From the NCBI GenBank assembly GCA_965650895.1, contig CBFGQN010000001.1, positions 1 through 31,305 of the forward strand: a DNA stretch of 31,305 bases, given 5' to 3'. Below are positions 1 to 8,081 of the stretch, piece after piece. The DNA comes from an uncultured Ignavibacteria bacterium (GTDB lineage: Bacteria; Bacteroidota; Ignavibacteria; OLB7). The translations under genes were made by a program, and so were the position numbers. The notes under the pieces are model-generated. The model did not search any database. It was not told where the DNA came from and saw nothing but the letters and a program-made list of their open reading frames with translations. Numbering within the stretch: position 1 is the first letter of the stretch; every line of letters starts with the position of its first letter.

Positions 1-851
1 AGACCGCACCGCATGAAGTTGCGTACGACAGCACGGAGAACCACACGGTCCTGCGGCTGCGGAGCGCCGGAAAGGACCGGCAATTCCTCTCGGCCCTCGT
101 GCCGCGATCCCTGAGTAACGACCAGGAATTGGAATCGACCGTCGAAGAGGGGAGCACAACGATGGTGACCAGACTGCCGGACCACACGGTTATCACCGTC
201 GGTGCGGACACGACATTCCGAACGGTTTCTCCATTGGCAACCGCTCTGCCGGGAGAGATCGGCACCGATGCGCCGCTGGCTCTGCTGAGGATCGAACCGT
301 TCTCCGGATTCCCGACAAAGATGTTCATGCGCAACGGCAAGACGCTGAGTTATGACGGTAGGGAACTCCTGTCGAGCAGTGTTCGCACTGATCTGGCGAT
401 CGTACCCGGAACCTCCGGATATCAGGGGTACTGCAAAGACTCCGGATTCATCTTTATCGGCATCGATTTCATTCCCCATGAAGTCACAGGCAAAGGAGTG
501 CGTGAATGGCATATCCTCTGGGCCACCGGACGAATCGCCATCGATCTGCAGGAGGGAGGCTATTTCTCCATGCTGCAGGGACTGACCGCAGACGACCCGA
601 ATATCGCCTCACGGGAGACCCGCATCGCCGGCATCAGACGACTGGACGACGAACATCTCTTCCTGGAGATCGCGGGAACAACTCCGGACGAAATGGAGAT
701 CGCCGTCTTCGACCTGACCGGACGGCGGATCCTCCCCGACAGCGACTCCCCGATCCTCCCGGTCGCCGAGTTGCCGGAAGGGGTCTACATCATCGCACTC
801 TTCAGCGAAGGAAGGCGGGTCGATTCGCGGAAGTATGTGATGGTGCGGTAG
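1..851 (+). CDS. T9SS type A sorting domain-containing secreted protein, 5' truncated by the window edge
   Basis: The frame of ORF 99..851 is open back to position 3 (TAPHEVAYDSTENHTVLRLRSAGKDRQFLSALVP...). The C-terminus has a typical T9SS CTD (IAVFDLTGRRI...LPEGVYIIAL...RKYVMVR). The function of the upstream part cannot be determined here. Confidence 0.8.
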   Translation, partial: TAPHEVAYDSTENHTVLRLRSAGKDRQFLSALVPRSLSNDQELESTVEEGSTTMVTRLPDHTVITVGADTTFRTVSPLATALPGEIGTDAPLALLRIEPFSGFPTKMFMRNGKTLSYDGRELLSSSVRTDLAIVPGTSGYQGYCKDSGFIFIGIDFIPHEVTGKGVREWHILWATGRIAIDLQEGGYFSMLQGLTADDPNIASRETRIAGIRRLDDEHLFLEIAGTTPDEMEIAVFDLTGRRILPDSDSPILPVAELPEGVYIIALFSEGRRVDSRKYVMVR

Positions 852-855
852 GGGT

Positions 856-1896
856 TTACCACCATTCGTAGTGGTATTCTTTGATAAGAAGTGGGCGGGT
901 GTCGGAGTCGTCGACACCAGACCAGATGACAGGGGCAAATCCGGAGGCACCATAGTCCGCCCTACGGTTCCATATCCATGAGAGGAGAGGCAATCCGTAC
1001 ACATCAAACAGTGTCTGGTCCAGAAGCTCTCCTGTTGATCCGAAGCGACGTTCTACTCTACCAATTCCCTGATACCATTCAATCTTCGTTTCGCCACCAT
1101 AATTTTTGAACGGATCAAGAATTATTCTTTTGCTCATCTCTCCATTTTTACCGTAGACAAAGAGAACCGAGTACCAGCATGAATCGAGTCTTGTCACTCT
1201 GTTGTCGTCTATCCAGTCATCGTAATGGTAGTGTACGGTATCGTAGTATCTGTCACTACCAAGCAGCATCGGAAGCGGAATGATCGTACTCTCAAGCCGA
1301 CCTGCGGTGTTATACAGAAAGCGTGCCCGCACTGTCCGATTTCCCGTCTCGGTCCAAACTGCTTCAATGCGATCAGTATCTCCACGATGGTTATAGAAAT
1401 AGTACTCCCTTTCTGTTATACCGGAATCCGAGAAAAGACTGAACAGGTCAGCGATGAAATTTGCCCCCAGATTAACGGTCCCTTCAAAGCATCGGATCTC
1501 GCTCACCCTTTCCTTGTCGGGAGTATAAAAGTAGAAAGCCTGTCGAACTGAACAACTCGGCAAGGATAAGAGGTTGCAGTATATCTGCGGACCGAAGTCG
1601 TCACCCAGATCCGAATTAGGGTAGAAAGAAAGCTCGAATTCCGACATTGTTCTTCCTGCCGTATCATAGGTAGTCATACGCACCGGCATCACGACTTGAC
1701 CCGAATCATATTCCTCTCTAGAGGAGAAACAACCAGCATCAACACCGACGGAAAGACCGTCCACCAGACTCCTCTCCCAACTCATCACCGAACGGATACG
1801 ACGTGGCGGGTGGTCCTTGACCCGTCTATCCCTTTGTCCATCGCAGGCAATAATCATCAGCGGAACGATCAGGCAGATTGCAATTGCGTGTCTCAT
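856..1896 (-). CDS. Putative lipoprotein with YD/RHS-like repeats, 346 aa
   Basis: Likely start is the ATG at 1896 (MRHAIAICLIVPLMIIACDG: hydrophobic signal with lipobox Cys). The first 92 aa of the called ORF are non-coding-like. Repeated YD-type motifs (YDTAGR, YNHRGD, YNTAGRL, YGKNGE, FDVYGL). Locally low GC (21/60 at 1081-1140). Confidence 0.6.
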   Translation of the reverse strand: MRHAIAICLIVPLMIIACDGQRDRRVKDHPPRRIRSVMSWERSLVDGLSVGVDAGCFSSREEYDSGQVVMPVRMTTYDTAGRTMSEFELSFYPNSDLGDDFGPQIYCNLLSLPSCSVRQAFYFYTPDKERVSEIRCFEGTVNLGANFIADLFSLFSDSGITEREYYFYNHRGDTDRIEAVWTETGNRTVRARFLYNTAGRLESTIIPLPMLLGSDRYYDTVHYHYDDWIDDNRVTRLDSCWYSVLFVYGKNGEMSKRIILDPFKNYGGETKIEWYQGIGRVERRFGSTGELLDQTLFDVYGLPLLSWIWNRRADYGASGFAPVIWSGVDDSDTRPLLIKEYHYEWW

Positions 1897-1952
1897 GGCG
1901 ATGCTCTCCGTTATGAAAAGTGAATGCGGGAATCGGTGACGGAGAGGAATGC

Positions 1953-1988
1953 AAAGAGAGAGCCGGAACGGGTCGGCTCTCTCTTTTT
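1953..1988. terminator. Intrinsic terminator-like hairpin
   Basis: Perfect 13-bp inverted repeat aaagagagagccg (1953-1965) / cggctctctcttt (1974-1986) with an 8-nt loop, followed by a T run on +. It lies downstream of the minus-strand TPR-like gene. Confidence 0.6.
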
Positions 1989-2068
1989 CGGGAATTCGTG
2001 GGTTGGGTGGGGTCGGATCGTGCAATGTGCAATCGGGAATGTGGCGGATGCAAGGGAGTGCCCGATCA

Positions 2069-2109
2069 ATGGTACACGGATGACGCGGATCGGACGGATT
2101 TGCACAGAT
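2069..2109. repeat. Intergenic repeat family A, single arm (9-nt periodic CGGAT units)
   Basis: atggtacacggatgacgcggatcggacggatttgcacagat matches 16385-16425 at 38 of 41 nt. Confidence 0.85.
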
Positions 2110-2134
2110 CGGAAAAGATTGCGTGTCGGAACGA

Positions 2135-2806
2135 CTACACCGATTCCTCGTCTCCGGAGCGAACCATCTCAACGCATCGGGCGATCACATCCTCCACCCT
2201 CTTCCGTTCACCATCAGGCAATCCGCCGGTGGCGGCGAGACGGCTGAGTGCGCTGGAGATCCGGGCGATGTCGTCACGCGAGCCGAGGTAGCCGACCCGG
2301 GCCGGGAGGATCATCGCAAGGGATTTCAGGTCGCGCCGCTCGCACCACTCGTCGATCAGTTCGTCCAGTCCTTCGATCCGGACCGCGTCGCTCCCCACTC
2401 TTCGCAGGCCTTCGGCAATGCCGGAGCGGATCATGTCGCCGTAGGGTCCGGCCGGAAGACCGGAGGCATGATCGGCCCCCTCGCGATAGAACGATTCGGC
2501 CTTTTCTCTTTCACCCATCACTTCGTATGAGTGACCGAGATTGAGACAGAGGGAGGGAAGATGTTCCTTCACCCCGTCGAGTCCACGCGCCCGCTCCAGC
2601 GCCTCCCGGTTCCAGCGGAGCGCCTCGGCCGGATCGCTCCGGTTGCGGGCCAGATAGTGGGCGGCGGTAAAGGCTTCGAAATCGTTCGAGGCGATCTCCC
2701 ACGCCTCCTGAAAACGCCGGTCGGCCCCCTCCCGATCTCCCAGCCCCTCCAGTTCCATCCCCGCCGCGCAGAGACGGACGACGGGATTTTCCGGATCAAA
2801 CTTCAT
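2135..2806 (-). CDS. TPR-like helical-repeat hypothetical protein
   Basis: 223-aa ORF. The N-terminal segments FDPENPVVRLCAAGMELEG, FQEAWEIASNDFEAFTAAHYLAR and LPSLCLNLGHSYEVMG resemble a TPR-like family I recall as sometimes fused to rifampin ADP-ribosyltransferase. No Arr domain is visible here. Confidence 0.65.
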   Translation of the reverse strand: MKFDPENPVVRLCAAGMELEGLGDREGADRRFQEAWEIASNDFEAFTAAHYLARNRSDPAEALRWNREALERARGLDGVKEHLPSLCLNLGHSYEVMGEREKAESFYREGADHASGLPAGPYGDMIRSGIAEGLRRVGSDAVRIEGLDELIDEWCERRDLKSLAMILPARVGYLGSRDDIARISSALSRLAATGGLPDGERKRVEDVIARCVEMVRSGDEESV

Positions 2807-2926
2807 GGCAGTATATCCTGATGAACGTTCATGTGAAGTGTGTGCGGGACGAATCTACAACTGTTCATCCGGATGGAAAGGCTTGTTCCGGCGTCAGTGG
2901 CGGAAACACGGGACGGGAAACCCCGA

Positions 2927-3310
2927 TCAGTTTTCAACCGCATCGGGATGGGGGAACGTCCCCTCATCTTCGGAGGGATCGCGCGGCTTCAGACAGGCGA
3001 AATCCTTCTCCACGTTCAGCCCCAACGTCATCCCCTCTCCGATGCCGATCTCCCCTTCAAAGCCGACGTCGTCGGAATCGTTCAGGCGACGGCACAGTTC
3101 ATCGGCCATCAGCACCCGGATTTCTCCCGGACGGTAGCGACAGTCGAAGCCGGAAATCCCCGAAGCAGCTTCCACCCCGTAGGAGAGCGTCATCTCCTCG
3201 CCCGGACCGAATCGCAGAACATCCGTGACGCTCCCCTGCTCGACCAGACGACGCAGATCCTCACGGCCGAGACGAAGCCGGATCGTGTTTGCCCGAATAC
3301 GCAGTTTCAT
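2927..3310 (-). CDS. DUF7009-like hypothetical protein, 127 aa
   Basis: Start MKLRIRANTIRLRL at 3310 with a purine-rich RBS upstream. C-terminal LNVEKDFACL motif. Family recognised from memory. Confidence 0.7.
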   Translation of the reverse strand: MKLRIRANTIRLRLGREDLRRLVEQGSVTDVLRFGPGEEMTLSYGVEAASGISGFDCRYRPGEIRVLMADELCRRLNDSDDVGFEGEIGIGEGMTLGLNVEKDFACLKPRDPSEDEGTFPHPDAVEN

Positions 3311-3380
3311 CTTCTCTCTCCTCCCGATACTGAACAGTTGAATCAATACTCCCCACTCCGGGGTGAACGTTCGGCAGGTT

Positions 3381-4697
3381 CTACAGGTTGACCGTCATCA
3401 TACCGTAACCCCACCATCCGAGGTCGCCTCCGACAACGCTTCGCATCAGCTCATCGGCCAGGAAGACCGAAGCGCCGAAGGTAAAGGTCGCGTGACTCCT
3501 GTTGTTTTGCGTGTGATACTTCCAGACGAAGGTTGCGTCGATCTCCTTCCCGAGTCCGGTCCCCCCTCCCTGGTCGACGGCGGTCGTAAACAGATGACCG
3601 TCGAGGGCGGCCGAGACATCATCGGAGAACTTCAGCCGCGTCGTCACCCCCACGTCCTGCAATCCGGCAGTTCCGTTGCCGCCGGGGAAATAGTCCATGT
3701 AACCGTAGAACTTGTGGTTGGTGGCAAAAAGCGTGTTGAACGCACCGAACGTGTCGTCGGTCGGATCGTCATCGCCGGAAAGTCTGGCATAGAGTGCGCC
3801 GATTCCGAACCGGTCGACCGTGTAGAGGAGCTTGCCTGCGACCAGAAACGCCCCGTAGGAAGAGAGGGGGAGTCCGTCTCCTCCCTCAAATCCCCTCCCT
3901 CCCTGCCACGCGAATTCACCTTCGTAATCGAAGGGGGCGATCGATCCGCGAACAAACGTTCCGGCCGTGATCCGGTTCCGGGCCTGCGATCCGGAGTCCT
4001 CTCCGCGAGGAAGTGCCCGCGTGTCGTTGTCGTACAGCGCAAAGACATCCCCCTTGTGGTTTCCACCGAAGTTCAGCGAACTCCAGAGACCGTACAGATT
4101 CGTCGAGAAGAGATCGTCCAGCCGCTCAAGCGAATCGGTTTCAATGCCGAAGCCGAGGCGTGAGGCGAAGAGATCGACCGATCCCCAGTCATCTGCGGTC
4201 CGGAGTCTGATCGCATCGAACGACCGGCCGACATTGCTCCAGCCGACCGCACCGATCAGCCGCTCATTCCCGTAGATCATCTCCTGCCGACCGATCTGCA
4301 GGTCCAGACCGGAGCCGAGAAGATCGGGAAGGCGGACAAACGCCTGATGCACATCGAGCCGGTCGGCACTTCCGTCCATAGTGCTCTGCTCCTCACCGAA
4401 GGTGCGTGAATCCTGAATCACCATGACCCCTTCCACATCATCAGTCGGCGAGAAGAAGATCCCGGCACGGGTACGCAAAAGATGAAAATCTCCGAACCGA
4501 TCCCCCCCATCCTCCGCGACACGTCGTCCGTCGGCCTCGAAACGATAGCGGATCTCGCCGCTGAACTTCACCACCCGCTCCCGTACCGCAATGTCTGCCG
4601 TCTCCTGTCCCATCAACCCGGTCTGACCGCTGAGGAAGAACGTCGCCAGCAGGAAGGGGACCGGCAGGATCTGCCGAAACCGTCTGTTCGCATTCAT
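3381..4697 (-). CDS. Alginate export family outer-membrane beta-barrel protein (porin)
   Basis: Signal peptide, GEIRYRFE N-terminal motif, QIGRQEMIYGNERLIGAVGWSNVGRSFDA, FNTLFATNHKFYGYMDYF, amphipathic beta strands, and a terminal strand ending YGMMTVNL. Confidence 0.85.
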   Translation of the reverse strand: MNANRRFRQILPVPFLLATFFLSGQTGLMGQETADIAVRERVVKFSGEIRYRFEADGRRVAEDGGDRFGDFHLLRTRAGIFFSPTDDVEGVMVIQDSRTFGEEQSTMDGSADRLDVHQAFVRLPDLLGSGLDLQIGRQEMIYGNERLIGAVGWSNVGRSFDAIRLRTADDWGSVDLFASRLGFGIETDSLERLDDLFSTNLYGLWSSLNFGGNHKGDVFALYDNDTRALPRGEDSGSQARNRITAGTFVRGSIAPFDYEGEFAWQGGRGFEGGDGLPLSSYGAFLVAGKLLYTVDRFGIGALYARLSGDDDPTDDTFGAFNTLFATNHKFYGYMDYFPGGNGTAGLQDVGVTTRLKFSDDVSAALDGHLFTTAVDQGGGTGLGKEIDATFVWKYHTQNNRSHATFTFGASVFLADELMRSVVGGDLGWWGYGMMTVNL

Positions 4698-4758
4698 AGG
4701 ATCTTCTGTCGGTTTTAGAAGGTTTCTTAAAAGTCTCGAATTGCAGAAATCTCAGTTG

Positions 4759-4843
4759 CTTGGTGATTCTTGGTGCCCTTTGTGTCTTGGTGGTAAGAAT
4801 CAGACGCACCACCAAGACACCAAGAGCACGAAGCATCACCAAG
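4759..4843. repeat. Intergenic palindromic element, family B
   Basis: 36-nt arms 4759-4794 and 4808-4843 are inverted repeats with 4 mismatches and a 13-nt spacer. The arms are built of about 9-nt CCAAG/CGAAG units. Confidence 0.85.
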
Positions 4844-4919
4844 TGGTAGAGCATTTCGCTGATACTTCTCTGTGACTGCTCAGACCACAGAGCACACAGG
4901 CTACTTTTAAGACTCCCTC

Positions 4920-6185
4920 TTAGTGATGCTTGTCGAAACGAACGTGTCCCAGTTCTATCGGGACGGCGATTCTGACCAGCAGGGTAAAGACGAAGGCGCC
5001 GAAGGCCCAGACGCCGACGGTAACGGCGATCTCCACCCAGCTCGGCGAGTATTCCACAATCTGTCCCCACTGTCCGGGGATAAATCCCGGAACGATCAGT
5101 CCCATCCCCTTCTCGATCCAGATGCCGAGGAAGAGAAGGGCGCAGGCCCAGTTCAGCAACCGGAGGTTCTTGCGGAAGCGATGAATCGTCAGTGCGGCGG
5201 TCGCCAGGACGTTCAGCGTGATCCCGGTCCAGATCCACGGGACAAGACTGTTGTGTCCTTCCAGACCGAAGAAGAGGTAGAGCGCACTGGCGCTGTGTTC
5301 GGTCGGCGCGTAGAACTCCTTGAAGATTTCCGAACCGAGCATGATCAGGTTGATCTGCGCGGCAACGGTAACGATCAACGCGATCTTGTTCAGGGTTTCG
5401 GTCTTGATGTCGTAGTCGGTGTTGCGACGGATAAAGCCGAGGATCAGAATGATGAGGGCGGGACCGGCGGCAAACGCCGAGGCAAGGAACCGGGGACCGA
5501 GGAGAGAGGAGTTCCAGAAAGGACGGGAGGGAAGACCGGCGTAGAGGAATGCCGTGACCATGTGGATGCCGACCGCCCAGAAGACCGAGAGGAAGACACC
5601 GGGGAGATAGATCTTCGGGTTCGGATGTTCCCCCCTGTAATGCTTCCAGAGGATGTAGGCCGGGATGGTGAGGTTGATGAAGAGATAGCCGTTGAGGACG
5701 ATCACATCCCAGGCCAGCATCGACTGAGGCCAGTTGAACAGACCGATTCCCGGAATCAGATGCCACATCCGGGCCGGTCCACCGAGATCGACCACGACGA
5801 AACTGAGACACATCATCAACGCGGCAACGGCAAGTCCCTCGCCGATCAGCACGGCCCCCTTGAAATCCACATCTTTCAGGACGTAGGCCGGCAACACAAG
5901 CATGACCGCCGCCGCTGCAACGCCGACAAGGAATGTGAAGTTTGAAATGTAGAGTCCCCAACTGACATGATCGTTCATCCCGGTCGCCCCCAGCCCTTCG
6001 CGCAACTGCACCGAGTAGGCAAAGGCACCCAGAAGCATCAGAAAGGTCAGCGATCCCATCCAGAGATGGTAGCGTGCCCCCCCGGAGGTAACGGAGTTGA
6101 AGGCGTCGCGGATGAAAGAGCGGAGGACCGATATCGATGATACCGATTCGTTTCGTTCCGTTCCGGCTATTGTCTTGCTTCTCAT
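4920..6185 (-). CDS. nrfD: NrfD/PsrC (DsrP/HmcC-like) integral membrane quinol-interacting subunit
   Basis: 421 aa, about 10 hydrophobic helices. Motifs: SWGLYISNFTFLVGVAAAAV, VDLGGPAR, SMLAWD, HMVTAFLY...RPFW, EKGMGLIVPGF, Y.PSWVE. Confidence 0.9.
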   Translation of the reverse strand: MRSKTIAGTERNESVSSISVLRSFIRDAFNSVTSGGARYHLWMGSLTFLMLLGAFAYSVQLREGLGATGMNDHVSWGLYISNFTFLVGVAAAAVMLVLPAYVLKDVDFKGAVLIGEGLAVAALMMCLSFVVVDLGGPARMWHLIPGIGLFNWPQSMLAWDVIVLNGYLFINLTIPAYILWKHYRGEHPNPKIYLPGVFLSVFWAVGIHMVTAFLYAGLPSRPFWNSSLLGPRFLASAFAAGPALIILILGFIRRNTDYDIKTETLNKIALIVTVAAQINLIMLGSEIFKEFYAPTEHSASALYLFFGLEGHNSLVPWIWTGITLNVLATAALTIHRFRKNLRLLNWACALLFLGIWIEKGMGLIVPGFIPGQWGQIVEYSPSWVEIAVTVGVWAFGAFVFTLLVRIAVPIELGHVRFDKHH

Positions 6186-6266
6186 GGTCTCTTCCGTTGC
6201 TGCATTTCGAACGTTGGATGTCGGCGGGTCGCATCGAAGGGCGTACCCGGACGGAGGCTCCGGTCG

Positions 6267-7310
6267 CTAATCCATGAAGTACCAGAATTTCGGTTCCGTC
6301 CCCAGATCTTCCTTCAGCCGGAAGACTTTCTTGTTCTTCAGCACCCAGCGGATCGTGCTGTCCGGATCGAGCAGATTTCCGAAGATGCGGGCCCCCGTAG
6401 GACAGGCCTCCACACAGGCCGGGTTTCTCCCCTCACGCGTTCGCTGGATGCAGAACGTACACTTCTCCACCACTCCTTTCTTCCGCGGCCGGTTCCCCAG
6501 ATAGTGCTGGTTCCGGTTCAGCTCCTCCTGCGGCACCACCGGCTCGTGCCAGTTGAAACGGCGGGCGTGATACGGACAGGCCGCCTCGCAGTACCGACAG
6601 CCGATGCACCAGTCGTAGTCGACCACCACGATCCCGTCCTTCTCCTTCCACGTCGCCTTCACCGGACAGACGTCGACGCAGGGAGGGTTCTCGCACTGGA
6701 AGCACTGCGTGCCGACATAGAAGTGTCCGGCCGCCGGAACTTCGTGATAGAAATCGGTCTCCGCTCCGTGGAAGTTCAGACTGCCGTTCTCCAGTTCATG
6801 GATCTGGATATACTGCATCCCCGACTTCCTGTCCTGATTGTTCTCGGCGATGCAGGCGGTGACGCAATCCATGTAGCCCTTGCATCGGGAGATGTTGAAG
6901 GCATAGCCGTAGAGGACCCGGTCACGCGGACCGGTGGCGGCGATATTCACCGATCCGGGATTGTTCTTCTCGTACAGTCGTTCCAGTCGCGTTACCGTCT
7001 CCTCTTTCTCCTCATCGTTCATCAGACGGAAGTTCTTCTTGAAGTAATCCTCCCACTCCAGCTCCGCCTTCTCCGAATCGCCGAACGGACTGCAGGCGGC
7101 GTTGAGAAGGCCGAGACCGGCCATCAGGCTTCCGGCGATCGAGCTCATGGCGCTGCGGCGATCAAGCTTCCGCTCGAAAAAAAGTTCGTAGCCGTTCTTT
7201 CCGACCTCGGATTCATCGCTGCAACCACACCCGCCGCCGTTGCAACCGCACGAGGTGTTGTTCTCGCGGTGAAGAATCGGCAGGCTCCTGTCTTCCTGAT
7301 TTCGGTTCAT
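6267..7310 (-). CDS. NrfC/PsrB (DsrO/HmcB-like) periplasmic 4Fe-4S ferredoxin subunit, probable Tat lipoprotein
   Basis: Four cluster motifs: CKGYMDCVTAC (atypical), CFQCENPPCVDVCP, CIGCRYCEAACPY and KCTFC...ACVEACP. Twin-Arg DRRSAM followed by a hydrophobic stretch ending NAAC. C-terminal GTEPKFWY. Confidence 0.9.
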   Translation of the reverse strand: MNRNQEDRSLPILHRENNTSCGCNGGGCGCSDESEVGKNGYELFFERKLDRRSAMSSIAGSLMAGLGLLNAACSPFGDSEKAELEWEDYFKKNFRLMNDEEKEETVTRLERLYEKNNPGSVNIAATGPRDRVLYGYAFNISRCKGYMDCVTACIAENNQDRKSGMQYIQIHELENGSLNFHGAETDFYHEVPAAGHFYVGTQCFQCENPPCVDVCPVKATWKEKDGIVVVDYDWCIGCRYCEAACPYHARRFNWHEPVVPQEELNRNQHYLGNRPRKKGVVEKCTFCIQRTREGRNPACVEACPTGARIFGNLLDPDSTIRWVLKNKKVFRLKEDLGTEPKFWYFMD

Positions 7311-7406
7311 ATCACTCTTTCGCTCCGTGATCTTCGATTGACAGCCAACTCCCTTCTCATCAGCGGCACGTCGGACGTTTCCGTGGCGATGGAAGGACTC
7401 GTTTCT

Positions 7407-8081
7407 CTACTCTTTCTCCCGCACCGCCCGGCTTGCCCGTGCGGGGAACCGTATCGGAAACCCGGGATCGTGCGGGTTGTGGCAGGAGGTGCATGGAGCC
7501 GCCACCCGCGGAGGAGCCCAGCCTCCGAGTCGCTTGCCGTGCGCACCGCCGACCCAGTCGGCCGCCTGCGTTGCGTGACACTGGGCGCAGAGGCGATAGC
7601 TTTCGTCGAAAGCGATCCGCTCGCCACTTATAAGCCGGAGAGAATCGGTCTGCTCCGGATCGTGACAGGTCTGACAGTTCATGATCTCGGCCGGGGCGTG
7701 ATGGAGTTCCATCTCCCAGTGAGCACGAGCCAGTCCGGGATCGGGAGACTGCATTCGGCTCAACGGCACCGTGTGGCACTCGCCGCAGTTGAACCGCTCG
7801 ATGCTGTCGGTCCGGCGCGCCACAAAGAACGTGTCGACATCGCCGAGTTCCATTCCCGTCACCCGGTCATACCGCACTCCCTCGATCCAGCGATCGGATG
7901 TCAGACCGGCATTGTTGTTCGGCTCGACCGCTTCTTCCAGTTGTTCCAGTACCGAATGATGTCCCTTCGGTCCCTCATGTTCTCCCCCGCCGCAGCCGAT
8001 CAGCAGGAAGATCGCCGGCAGAATCGCAAGGAACGATCCCCGACGGTTTCCTCCACGCTTCTTTTCTCTTCGATGGTTCAT
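7407..8081 (-). CDS. Tetraheme c-type cytochrome, lipoprotein
   Basis: Four CxxCH motifs (CGECH, CQTCH, CAQCH, CTSCH). Lipobox LLIGC after a hydrophobic stretch. Start overlaps the upstream stop by 4 nt. Confidence 0.88.
   Translation of the reverse strand: MNHRREKKRGGNRRGSFLAILPAIFLLIGCGGGEHEGPKGHHSVLEQLEEAVEPNNNAGLTSDRWIEGVRYDRVTGMELGDVDTFFVARRTDSIERFNCGECHTVPLSRMQSPDPGLARAHWEMELHHAPAEIMNCQTCHDPEQTDSLRLISGERIAFDESYRLCAQCHATQAADWVGGAHGKRLGGWAPPRVAAPCTSCHNPHDPGFPIRFPARASRAVREKE

Noticed and set aside
3-400. Heparinase II/III-like assignment for the truncated first gene
   Set aside because: Only a vague resemblance in a short fragment; the catalytic region is outside the window.
1897-2172. 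N-terminal 92 aa of the called ORF 856..2172
   Set aside because: It runs through a terminator hairpin and a repeat and overlaps the TPR gene; the signal peptide starts at 1896.
2135-2806. Rifampin ADP-ribosyltransferase (arr) call
   Set aside because: Only the TPR-like part resembles such fusions; no Arr catalytic motif is present.
4920-8081. Calling the module a nitrite reductase (Nrf), Dsr or ACIII complex
   Set aside because: No nrfA (CxxCK), dsrMK or ActB/ActD-F genes are in the window; only family-level similarity is supported.
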